Source: an uncultured Hungatella sp. (lineage in GTDB: Bacteria > Bacillota > Clostridia > Lachnospirales > Lachnospiraceae). Taken from it: a DNA stretch of 64,000 nt. Position numbers and translations under genes: made by a program. The notes under the pieces are model-generated. The model saw only the letters and a list, made by a program, of their open reading frames with translations. It made no database searches and was not told the DNA's origin. The DNA lies in assembly GCA_910585645.1 (NCBI GenBank), contig CAJUFP010000002.1, forward strand, positions 23,170-87,169, given 5' to 3'. This document shows, piece after piece, positions 1 to 8,532 of the stretch (position 1 is the first letter of the stretch; each line of letters begins with the position of its first letter).

Positions 1-65
1 TCCAAAAACTCCAGAAATCCCTCCTTCTCCGGAAAAGCCGCCGAAAAATCATCCCGATAATTCAT
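1..65 (-). CDS. Hypothetical protein, N-terminal fragment (runs off the left edge)
   Basis: ATG at 65-63 preceded by GGAGGG. Reads MNYRDDFSAAFPEKEGFLEFL... and stays open to position 1. Confidence 0.35.
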   Translation of the reverse strand, partial: MNYRDDFSAAFPEKEGFLEFL

Positions 66-79
66 GCCATTCCCTCCGC

Positions 80-304
80 TTAAAAGTCCACCAGCACCGC
101 AACCACATGGCCTGCCTGGACAACGAACTCATAACCGTCCTCATACATTTCCATGATCTCCTGCAAAGAAAGCCCATCTCTCCCAGGGTTCTCCCATTTT
201 GCTTCCCGCTTCATTCGTTTTCCCTTCCTTTCTTTTGTTTGATATGGTTTTTCAAGGACATATCCCAGGCTATGAAATATGTCCAAAACACCCTCTCTAA
301 TCAA
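80..304 (-). CDS. Small hypothetical ICE protein (74 aa)
   Basis: ORF overlaps the stop of the upstream DUF5688-like gene by 8 nt, which suggests translational coupling. No motif recognised. Confidence 0.4.
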   Translation of the reverse strand: MIREGVLDIFHSLGYVLEKPYQTKERKGKRMKREAKWENPGRDGLSLQEIMEMYEDGYEFVVQAGHVVAVLVDF

Positions 305-1244
305 AAATCATCTTGTAGTCATCCGTTGCAATGCACAGCTTCCCCTCCTTATGGTCATAAAAATAGACACTGTCCGACAGTGCCATCTCTTTTTGAGTTT
401 CCTCCTGATTCATTTCCTTAATAATCTCCCTCCACTGCTGTATGGTTTTTGTGCTTCCACAGGCGGGAACGATCATCACCTCATTGATACTGCTTGGAAT
501 CACAAGGACATCATCCCTCCATGCCCAGGCAATCCGTTCCAAAAGACCGTCATACAGAATCGCGGAAGCCCCATAAAATCCATACTGATTGGTGAGAACA
601 AAGGCTGAGACTCCCTTATAGGTATGTTTCAGCAGATACCCTTCCATATCTTTTAAGGATTCTTCCTCCCCCTCTTTATTCTCCCCAACCGCGTCCTCCG
701 GGGTCAGAAGTAGAGGCACACCAAGCCTGGATGTATTCTCCCTGGCAATCTGAAAAATTTCCTCCTTGCTCACCTTCCACACCTCCAGGTCACGATTGCT
801 GATCACACGGTAATTGGTCTCCCCTCCCGGTGTCTCCACAAGGTAAAATACGATTGCCATATCCAGGTATGGCTCCCACGGAATATGCTTCAGGGCCTCC
901 TCATTTCCTTCCCTTCTCTCCAGGGCATAGACAATCCGTTCCTTCATCCTTTCAAACCATTGGCCAGCCAGCAGTTCCTTACACAGCACGCTCCGCTTCT
1001 CCAAGTATCTTTCCACAAGGAAACCAACCTCTTCCTCCAGGCCGATTCCAGTCTTAAGCCGCTGTACCTTTCCCGGCTCCAGATTCAGAAGAATCCCGGT
1101 GCGCTCCCCGTTTTTCACAATGCCGATCTGGACTTTGCCCGCAGAGTTCAGCGCCGGCTTATCTACCTTTGTTACCTGATACTCCTCTCCCAAACGTTCC
1201 CGGAGCTTGTTAAACAGCTCCTGTAACCATTTCTCTGATTCCAT
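297..1244 (-). CDS. DUF5688-like conjugative-element protein
   Basis: 315-aa ORF. Overall resemblance to DUF5688 proteins seen in Lachnospiraceae ICEs, recognised from memory and not verified. Confidence 0.5.
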   Translation of the reverse strand: MESEKWLQELFNKLRERLGEEYQVTKVDKPALNSAGKVQIGIVKNGERTGILLNLEPGKVQRLKTGIGLEEEVGFLVERYLEKRSVLCKELLAGQWFERMKERIVYALERREGNEEALKHIPWEPYLDMAIVFYLVETPGGETNYRVISNRDLEVWKVSKEEIFQIARENTSRLGVPLLLTPEDAVGENKEGEEESLKDMEGYLLKHTYKGVSAFVLTNQYGFYGASAILYDGLLERIAWAWRDDVLVIPSSINEVMIVPACGSTKTIQQWREIIKEMNQEETQKEMALSDSVYFYDHKEGKLCIATDDYKMIFD

Positions 1245-1507
1245 TTCTTCTCCCCTTTCTTATTAGCGCAAAAAAATAAGGCACCAGAAACTCATAAAAA
1301 TTTCTGATACCTTACTTAACAGGCAGACTTTCTGCCTGGTTTGCACATATGTAGGCTCTTTGCCTGAAATTTTGACTTCCGGCGTTTTACCGGAACAAAA
1401 GCATTTGGTGTGGTTCTTGTGAACGCACAGAAATCAATGTCAGGTTTATTGTAACACTATATATTGTGTTTGTCAATTTTATTTTTCTATATATTGTGCT
1501 TTCTTGT

Positions 1508-2110
1508 TTATAAAGTTCCTACAATTCCTGTTCCTACACTAATAATGTCACTAACCGAAACGCCTTTAATTTTTTCAAGGAATTTTTCTTTCTTCAACTT
1601 CATTAATACTGTCTTAACATCGAACTCCTGTCCACATGTATCAGTTAACCACTCCATAATAGTACGAATCGAACATAAGTCTTTATCTAAATTGCTCTCC
1701 AAATCTATTCTAAAAGACTCCCCAAAATGTAAATCGCCATTATAATAATTGACAAGTACTAATTCAATATGATCTTTATAGTGCTGACCTAATGTTTTAA
1801 ATAATTCATTCTTAATTGTACTAAAGGCAAGTGAATCATAATAAACACGATCTCTATTACCATCAAAATCTACAATGATTTTTTCATCTGATTCTTTGTC
1901 TGGCGGCAAATAAGCTCCGTAGCCTGCCCAAAATATATCCAAGCGCTTTCCCGTATTATTATTCCAATATCGGTAATTCTCTTTAATTAATTTCTGTGTC
2001 TTTAACAACTCATATCTAGCAAGCATTATTCCAACAATACATCTTTGGTCTATATCATATTTATCCTTTACAGAATTCCTCAATAACTCTAAAGAAAGTG
2101 CTTGCACCAT
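1508..2110 (-). CDS. Hypothetical protein (200 aa), downstream gene of an unknown two-gene cassette
   Basis: Clean ORF in the AT-rich island, 85 nt downstream of the 138-aa ORF on the same strand. No catalytic motif recognised. Confidence 0.5.
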   Translation of the reverse strand: MVQALSLELLRNSVKDKYDIDQRCIVGIMLARYELLKTQKLIKENYRYWNNNTGKRLDIFWAGYGAYLPPDKESDEKIIVDFDGNRDRVYYDSLAFSTIKNELFKTLGQHYKDHIELVLVNYYNGDLHFGESFRIDLESNLDKDLCSIRTIMEWLTDTCGQEFDVKTVLMKLKKEKFLEKIKGVSVSDIISVGTGIVGTL

Positions 2111-2195
2111 CTTCCAATTCCTCCAATCCTCTTAATACGTTTCTATTTCTGAAACAATCTGGTTATATTAATCATACTTCATCCCATTATTATTC

Positions 2196-2612
2196 TTATA
2201 TATTTGCATCTGAGCTGAATTTGTCTATCATCATTTTACAAAGTCCAGCACATTTTGCATTATTCTGCTTTTCTTCATTCGATTTGGCCGATAAATTTAC
2301 TACTTCCTCTAACACATCAACCGCCAATTTTAATTCTTCTTTTTTCAATGGCACTATCTGTTTATTTGCCAATATCATTTTCACAGCATTAAATACTTTT
2401 CTTGCTTTCTTATAAGAATCTGCTGGAGGAAAATGGATTGAAATTATACTTAAAATATAATCTAAAGCATCATTTATCATCGATACAGAAATTTTACTGT
2501 GCTCATTTTCAAATAATATTGTGTTTGGCCGAAAATATTTTATATTACTATTTACCTTGTACCCCATAATATATCTATTATTCATATTAATCTCCATCTC
2601 ACCATCCTTCAT
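2196..2612 (-). CDS. Hypothetical protein (138 aa), upstream gene of an unknown two-gene cassette
   Basis: ORF in the AT-rich island, co-oriented with 1508-2110. No motif recognised. Confidence 0.45.
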   Translation of the reverse strand: MKDGEMEINMNNRYIMGYKVNSNIKYFRPNTILFENEHSKISVSMINDALDYILSIISIHFPPADSYKKARKVFNAVKMILANKQIVPLKKEELKLAVDVLEEVVNLSAKSNEEKQNNAKCAGLCKMMIDKFSSDANI

Positions 2613-2735
2613 TTAGTAAAACAAACAATAAATGAAACCTCTATTTCTTTTCATAACAATTTCCTTACATAAAACACTTCTTTCTATTAAAAAATTATAC
2701 CTTCCACGAATTAAAAGTTATTCCAATTATGTATT

Positions 2736-3458
2736 TTATCCAATCACTTTTACAATTGTTTTCTCGAATGCGGTCGAAAAGTTTTGCCGCAACTGCCGAA
2801 AAATCTTATCTTTTGATTCCTCTGGTTCTTCCTTATAAGCCGCAGAAACCACATCATATCCCCACAAACTCTCCGGCGTAGAATACACCGACACCGGCCA
2901 CCCATATTCTTCGCCTCTTTTATTCATCTTACGTCTGAAATCCCTCTGAATAAGATAGGTCTGCATCTGCAGTTCTGTCACAATACCTTCAAAGTTCTTT
3001 TCTCCATTCTTCCCAAATCCCGCAGCCTTCTTTAACTCAAAAGAATACAGTTCCTTCTGCTGTTCAAACTGATCCATGATCTTCTTACAGCGGATACTGG
3101 CTAGTTCATCCTCCCACCGGCTGTCAAAATCATACCCCTGCCTTCTGTAATTGGCAAAATACGGAAACCATTTCTTAGAAATAAATCCCGCCTTTTTGTT
3201 AAAAAACTTCCCATAGGCCACCGTGCCCGTCCTTGCAATGATCTCCCGCCATTCCCAGGGGTCCTGCTCCCTGTCTCCCGTCCACCAAAACCGAGGAGAC
3301 GTATGTTCTTACGCTGAAAAGCCCTCAATCTCATTTCTAAACAGCGGAAGAAATCCCACCTCATTAATCCAGTTGATCAACTCCTGGTAACTGCGGATTC
3401 GATAAGGATTGTCCCAATCCAGTCCATACATAACCCACTCACCATTCTCTACTGCCAT
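2736..3458 (-). pseudogene. AlkZ-related-like protein gene interrupted by an in-frame TAA
   Basis: ATG at 3458 gives MAVENGEWVMYGLDWDNPYRIRSYQELINWINEVGFLPLFRNEIEGFSA, then TAA at 3311-3309. The same frame continues EEHTSPRFWWTGDREQDPWEWREIIARTGTVAYGKFFNKKAGFISKKWFPYFANYRR... into the 161-aa track ORF. The total of 723 nt is a multiple of 3. Confidence 0.55.
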
Positions 3459-3488
3459 GTAACCTCTCCCTAATCCTGTCCGTCCCTG

Positions 3489-3815
3489 TCAGACAGCAGA
3501 CTTCATTCTTTCTAATATTGTCATATATTTCCCTGTCATGGCATCTATCTCTGTTAGTTCCGCTTCTGTCGCATCCTCCAAATCATGTTCCGTGTCCTGC
3601 AAAACATCCATGACGATCTCCTCTTTCAGACATTGAAGCAGTTCTTCCGGCGTTTCAATAACCTCCGGTATATAGGCAAAATCACCTGCAGCCGGGTCAT
3701 AATGAAGGATCACATATCCAAACTTTGTATTGCAGATATCTATATACTTATTCTCAGTAATATACTCACTAAATGTATTGATAATCTCCGAAAAAGTCCA
3801 ATCCATATTTACCAT
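3489..3815 (-). CDS. Small strongly acidic hypothetical protein (108 aa)
   Basis: ORF rich in D/E (for example DVLQDTEHDLEDATEAELTEID). No signal peptide. Confidence 0.5.
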   Translation of the reverse strand: MVNMDWTFSEIINTFSEYITENKYIDICNTKFGYVILHYDPAAGDFAYIPEVIETPEELLQCLKEEIVMDVLQDTEHDLEDATEAELTEIDAMTGKYMTILERMKSAV

Positions 3816-4119
3816 CTTCTCTTTGCAAACATATGTTCTATTTGAATTATCTTATCACAGGGAACTAAAAGTGTCAATATACAGAATTTATACAACGGTG
3901 ATAACAATAGCTATTTTCTACCTTCCGTATTTAAACTTTTATATGCTTCCCACATCTAGACAGCTGCTTCATTTTTCTCACTAATAAAAAGGGGGGGGTG
4001 AATCCCCCTTCAATTGTGTTATATTTTTTAGACATAAGGAACGCAACCGCCCACAAAGTGGTTGACCTCTGCTATAGACTAAAGCCTACCTGCATCCGCC
4101 AAGAAACAAGATAGGCTTG

Positions 4120-4215
4120 TTATTTTCGCTTATGATTCCTATCAATATAGGCAAGCAGTGCAACTAAAAAAGTACCACCCAGAAATAACAGGCTTAACTC
4201 TTCATATGTAGTCAT
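4120..4215 (-). CDS. Putative holin-like small toxin (31 aa), type I TA-like
   Basis: Not in the ORF track. ATG 4215 to TAA 4122-4120 encodes MTTYEELSLLFLGGTFLVALLAYIDRNHKRK: an MTTYE..L start, one hydrophobic helix and a basic tail, as in Firmicutes Hol_Tox-type peptides. Confidence 0.5.
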   Translation of the reverse strand: MTTYEELSLLFLGGTFLVALLAYIDRNHKRK

Positions 4216-4244
4216 TTATCAACAGTTCCTTAAATTAGTTTTAT

Positions 4245-4703
4245 CTACTTTAATCTTTTCTTTTCGTCCCCTAAATGTATTCCTCCACCCAACCATTCTC
4301 CTGTAGCAAGCCATAGTTCAAAATAATAAAGCCATAAACATGTCCATGGCACCAAAGTTTCTGCCCATGAATCTTGATAGCTCCATTCATGATATTTAGG
4401 ATAATATAAGCACAGTGATCCATTTGAATACAGATGAGGAATTTTATTTTCTCCAGCTATTTTTTTAAGATTAGGTTTTACTACAAATATATCCACATTA
4501 GTGCTTCCTTGCTGGGTGACAATTTTTACCATATAGTCATACGAATCTTCTGTTGGTTGTAACTTAATATATATTTCCATATTATCCCTGTTTATCTTAT
4601 ATGAAACATTTGAATACTCTTTCTTTATTTCTATATAATGAGACATCATATCCAGAAATGATCCATCTTTATGTTTAAAATGTCTTTTATAATTACTCGC
4701 CAT
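4245..4703 (-). CDS. E2 (UBC-like) protein, Cap2-short type CBASS accessory
   Basis: IPHLYSNGSLCLYYP...W matches the E2 HPN-x-G-x-ICL active-site block. Overlaps the stop of the nucleotidyltransferase gene by 11 nt. No E1 or JAB gene is nearby. Confidence 0.7.
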   Translation of the reverse strand: MASNYKRHFKHKDGSFLDMMSHYIEIKKEYSNVSYKINRDNMEIYIKLQPTEDSYDYMVKIVTQQGSTNVDIFVVKPNLKKIAGENKIPHLYSNGSLCLYYPKYHEWSYQDSWAETLVPWTCLWLYYFELWLATGEWLGGGIHLGDEKKRLK

Positions 4704-5802
4704 AAAATGTATTCTTCCTAACTGCTACTCCGACTTGCATTGTGTTAAAATGCCCTGTTTCTCCTATAGATAAAAGTCCTGCTGCACGGGCAGTGTTCAT
4801 AGCATCTGCTGCTTCTTTCACAACTTCGTTTGTAATTTTTTCACCAAACATAGATTGTACCTGCGTAATAATCTCTATATTATTTTTTACAGCTTTTAAT
4901 TTTGCAATATCTTTCGTGAATTTCTGCATCATATCGACAAAATCTATATAATTCCGTGGATTCTCTTCCCATTTTTCCGTCAACACTTCATCTACAACTG
5001 GGTTATTTACCTCAAAAGGGATTCCATCTGCGTTAATAATAAGTTTATTAACATATGTACAAAAATCCGACATAATATCAAGTTCAGTAGAATACTGGCT
5101 ACTTATCTTTCCCATTAATGTACACAATACAATACTTCTCACAGGTTCTGTATTGTTTTTCTCACAGTAAAGATCACGGTACCTTTTTATTAGTTGAACA
5201 GCTCTTCTTAATGGTTCAAGATGTGCTACGATTTCTTGATTATCAATAAGTTCTGTACTTTCACATATCTGTCCACTCTCATAAACAGCATGTAAAATTT
5301 TCGTTCTAGCTTGATCTTCGAACCAATCTGCATAACCAATCGGATTGCTATGATGATACCATCCTTTCAGTTCGCGATCTGGAACAATTATTTCATTTGA
5401 TATTCTATCAACTGCCTGTCCTGGCATTATATCTATATGAAAATCATTTGCATAGTTTACTCTAATACATCTGGTTTTCTTTTCGATCATATCACTATGG
5501 TTTTTATCTGTTGATAATATTCTATAAATATGATTATACAGTTGTCGCGGAGTCATATCTGAATTTACTGGAATTTCAGCGACAAAATCAAGATCATATT
5601 CATTTCTCCCAATCGGTCTTACTGTCGTTTTTAGCTTAAAAGATCCATGCGGATAAATTCTAAGTTCAATATTACTAAAAGCATCATCTTCTTGAATTAT
5701 ATCTGCAATCACTCCATATCGTTTTTCAGCCAATTTGTATAAATGGGGTTGTAACTGTAACTTATCGCAAATACCTAAAAGCAATTTATCTTTATAGGCC
5801 AT
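4693..5802 (-). CDS. CD-NTase / SMODS-family nucleotidyltransferase (CBASS cyclase)
   Basis: Pol-beta NTase motifs HGSFKLKTT...YDLDFV and a third acidic motif, HIDIMPG. About 370 aa with a helical C-terminal half. ATG at 5802 with GGAGAAAGG upstream is preferred over the track's TTG at 5820. Sits between the effector and E2 genes. Confidence 0.7.
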   Translation of the reverse strand: MAYKDKLLLGICDKLQLQPHLYKLAEKRYGVIADIIQEDDAFSNIELRIYPHGSFKLKTTVRPIGRNEYDLDFVAEIPVNSDMTPRQLYNHIYRILSTDKNHSDMIEKKTRCIRVNYANDFHIDIMPGQAVDRISNEIIVPDRELKGWYHHSNPIGYADWFEDQARTKILHAVYESGQICESTELIDNQEIVAHLEPLRRAVQLIKRYRDLYCEKNNTEPVRSIVLCTLMGKISSQYSTELDIMSDFCTYVNKLIINADGIPFEVNNPVVDEVLTEKWEENPRNYIDFVDMMQKFTKDIAKLKAVKNNIEIITQVQSMFGEKITNEVVKEAADAMNTARAAGLLSIGETGHFNTMQVGVAVRKNTFYGE

Positions 5803-5806
5803 ATAC

Positions 5807-6724
5807 TTACCTTTCTCCAATTATCCAAGGAACATTACTTCCTAAATTCATTGTCACAGAACCATTATAACGCCGACTATGGATTTCATCTATCGATGCA
5901 AGACAAATACTATCTGGTTTATCATCTACCGCTTCTTTTATAATACGCTTCTGTTCGTTTGATAGAATCATTTCAAAAATATCAGCATATATAAATTCTG
6001 GTCTCTCTTTTTTCTTTCCTTCAGCCCCCACAAAATATGTGAATCCAACATTATGTGTACCCACTTTGCGGTATTGAATTTTTTGGAATTTGTCCTTGGG
6101 CAATATACCTGTTTCTAAAACTTCTTCTATAAATTCTCTTGTTGGATCATATTCACGATTTTCCATCTTACTAAACCACTCTATAAATTTCAAGACATTT
6201 TTTCCAGATATATATAACCTTAAGTCATCCGTTTCATCCGTATTCCCCATCACAGTACTTGGCTTACATTTTAATTCATCTAGTGCTGGTTTTGCCTCTC
6301 TATAATATTTATAGACACCTCCGATTGGTTGATATCTATCCTTCATTCGATTTCCACGAATAAGAAGATACTTACCATCTATTTCAATTTTATAAGAATA
6401 CGCAAAAGACAAATAAACATCTTTATTTCTATAAAGAATCTGCGACTTAAACCAAGTTAAAAAACTTTGTCCTTTCGTATCTACATATTCATATAAACAA
6501 GCCACAGTTGCACTAACCACACCAGAACCAATAATATAAATTAATTGTACGATTGCTTTATTAGACTTTGCTGCGAAAGCAGTAATTCCAGCGAAAAATA
6601 CTGTTTCAGTAATAACTCTAATAATTTTTCCCACGCTAATCCCACCCTTTCGCCTTTCTATAATGGCTCCACTATTTTTCTCAATTCTATCCTCATTTAG
6701 AATATATGTTATATATCGAAACAA
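5807..6724 (-). CDS. CBASS effector candidate: N-terminal 2TM (SLATT-like) + SMODS-associated NUDIX-like domain
   Basis: Two predicted TM helices (ITETVFFAGITAFAA, LIYIIGSGVVSATVACLY), then a soluble domain with a degenerate Nudix-box-like REFIEEVLETGI. Stop lies 4 nt before the cyclase start. Confidence 0.55.
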   Translation of the reverse strand: MFRYITYILNEDRIEKNSGAIIERRKGGISVGKIIRVITETVFFAGITAFAAKSNKAIVQLIYIIGSGVVSATVACLYEYVDTKGQSFLTWFKSQILYRNKDVYLSFAYSYKIEIDGKYLLIRGNRMKDRYQPIGGVYKYYREAKPALDELKCKPSTVMGNTDETDDLRLYISGKNVLKFIEWFSKMENREYDPTREFIEEVLETGILPKDKFQKIQYRKVGTHNVGFTYFVGAEGKKKERPEFIYADIFEMILSNEQKRIIKEAVDDKPDSICLASIDEIHSRRYNGSVTMNLGSNVPWIIGER

Positions 6725-6855
6725 GTCTATATATAAATACGCTTCAAAGATACTACATTAATTTCTGTAATACCCACTTTCATATTAATACTATAAATAT
6801 AAGAACTTTTTGTAAACAGCCAATGAAAGTTGCTCCCATTTCGCATTAAAAAATA

Positions 6856-7071
6856 CTACTTAATATAGCTATATATTTCCAATGTTCTTTTTGTAACATA
6901 AAAGAAGGTTAAATCTTCTGCAATATATTCTTTACGTTTTAATGATCTAATAATTGGCAGCAGTTCCAAATCGCCTACCTGTAAATAGTTCATTACGTCC
7001 TTTGGATCGCATTCTCCTTTTTCATTTGCGCATTCGACGATAACTTTTACTACATCATTCTCAGAAATCAT
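6856..7071 (-). CDS. Small hypothetical protein (71 aa), possible winged-helix regulator
   Basis: ORF between the TIR gene and the CBASS operon. The helix-rich, basic C-terminal half (IIRSLKRKEYI) suggests a wHTH, but this is weak. Confidence 0.35.
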   Translation of the reverse strand: MISENDVVKVIVECANEKGECDPKDVMNYLQVGDLELLPIIRSLKRKEYIAEDLTFFYVTKRTLEIYSYIK

Positions 7072-7227
7072 TTCTTGATTTGATTTTATTTTGATAATTC
7101 TTTTAATATATCTATAGTACTTTTTTAGTAGTTAAAACAATAGTTAAAATATTTAAATTATATTGGATAACATAATACCGATTTTCTTTACATTTCCAAA
7201 AATTCGTGGGTTTCTAATCCCAGTATT

Positions 7228-8091
7228 TTACTTATATCGTTTAATCAATTCCTTTGCCAGAAGTATCGTAATTTCTTTTTTGTCATAATCTTTTGAATTA
7301 ATACACTGAATATCTACTAATTCCGGATAATTCTTTTGTAATTCTTCAAGTGTGATTCCGTGTAATAATGGCAATACAATTTTTTGTCCACTTTCGTTTT
7401 GCTGATTTAAAAATTCATTAAGTTCTCTTTCTGTCCATTCCCTACCAAAAAAATTTCGTGATATAACTATTATTGCAAACTCTGAATTTGATGTACCATC
7501 TAAAATAACTTTTTTCCAATTATCTCCCCATGACAATACATCTGTATCATAAAATACATTAATGCCTAGTCTTCTTACTGCTATATTAAGTAAATCAACA
7601 TAATCACTTTTATCTTTACTTGCGTGAGAAATAAAAACATCATATTTCTTACGTATACCTTTTTCTATCTTAATTATATCTTCATCTTTCTTTTGTTGTT
7701 CCTCAGCTCGCTTATATGCTTTTTCTTTATCTGAAAAGTATTGTTTTCCACTTTCAGATAATGTAATCATTGCCCCTGTTACATAATTTCTTACAGAAGA
7801 TAACATTCCATACATTTGAAGTTTTTCACACTCTAATAAAAAAGAATCGCACAAATAGCGGGGTAGTTTTTCTACCTCAAAGCTAATATAATTTCTCTCA
7901 TTGCCATCATATTGATCTAAGATAGCTTGTAACATATTTTCTGATTCTCTATCCATTACACGAAAACCACTTACAATTTCGGACCCTTTTATAATTTCTG
8001 ATGCTCTATCACGCAATTGTGCTTCTTGAGCCGCTTTTTGTGCTTCTTTTCTTTGCTTTTCTATAGCTTTCTCAAGTGGCGATTTAGCCAT
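7228..8091 (-). CDS. TIR-domain protein (unknown N-terminal domain + C-terminal TIR)
   Basis: YDVFISHASKDK start of the TIR domain, and IVISRNFFGREWTERELNEF carrying the conserved Glu. Starts 27 nt after the PIN gene stop. Confidence 0.75.
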   Translation of the reverse strand: MAKSPLEKAIEKQRKEAQKAAQEAQLRDRASEIIKGSEIVSGFRVMDRESENMLQAILDQYDGNERNYISFEVEKLPRYLCDSFLLECEKLQMYGMLSSVRNYVTGAMITLSESGKQYFSDKEKAYKRAEEQQKKDEDIIKIEKGIRKKYDVFISHASKDKSDYVDLLNIAVRRLGINVFYDTDVLSWGDNWKKVILDGTSNSEFAIIVISRNFFGREWTERELNEFLNQQNESGQKIVLPLLHGITLEELQKNYPELVDIQCINSKDYDKKEITILLAKELIKRYK

Positions 8092-8118
8092 TTATATTTT
8101 CCATCCTTCTTTTTATTT

Positions 8119-8532
8119 CTATTTGCCTTCCTCAATAATATCCAGCATTTCTCGTGGTGTAACAATATATGTTTGTATCGGGAAGTGCTTTATATTTCCT
8201 GTTACGAGATAAGCATCTTCTTCTTTACGCTTTTCCATTAGCACTGCATAAAACACGATGTCTTTTGGATCTGGTATTTCATCCTCAATTAGTCCATAGT
8301 CAGAATAGACAGCTCTTTTCTTAAGTTCATCCAAAAGAACTTTTACCGCCCCTTTATCAAAGCGAAACTTTGGTCGTCTTAGAACGTCCTCATATTCTGC
8401 AATAATTTCATTATTGAGGACAGGAATAATATCACCATTCAATGCCTCCGCTGCAACCTGTCCGGGTACCGAGCCGGTTTTAAGCATAGCGGAGACAAGG
8501 ACATTTGTATCCAATACTGCATAATATTTCAT
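8119..8532 (-). CDS. PIN-domain toxin (type II TA)
   Basis: N-terminal AVLDTNVLVSA acidic motif, 137 aa, 4-nt overlap with the upstream antitoxin gene. Confidence 0.75.
   Translation of the reverse strand: MKYYAVLDTNVLVSAMLKTGSVPGQVAAEALNGDIIPVLNNEIIAEYEDVLRRPKFRFDKGAVKVLLDELKKRAVYSDYGLIEDEIPDPKDIVFYAVLMEKRKEEDAYLVTGNIKHFPIQTYIVTPREMLDIIEEGK

Larger units (their letters stand above)
1440..8110. other. AT-rich mosaic defence/cargo island inside the ICE
   Basis: Sharp visual drop in GC (about 30% versus about 50-55% in the flanks), interrupted by a higher-GC patch at 2736-3470. Contents are CBASS, TIR, a holin-like toxin and unknown genes. Confidence 0.6.

Noticed and set aside
7228-8091. Thoeris system call for the TIR protein
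   Set aside because: No ThsA-type (SIR2, Macro or SLOG/TM) gene is adjacent. The neighbouring genes are a TA pair and a small ORF, so a canonical Thoeris annotation is unsupported.
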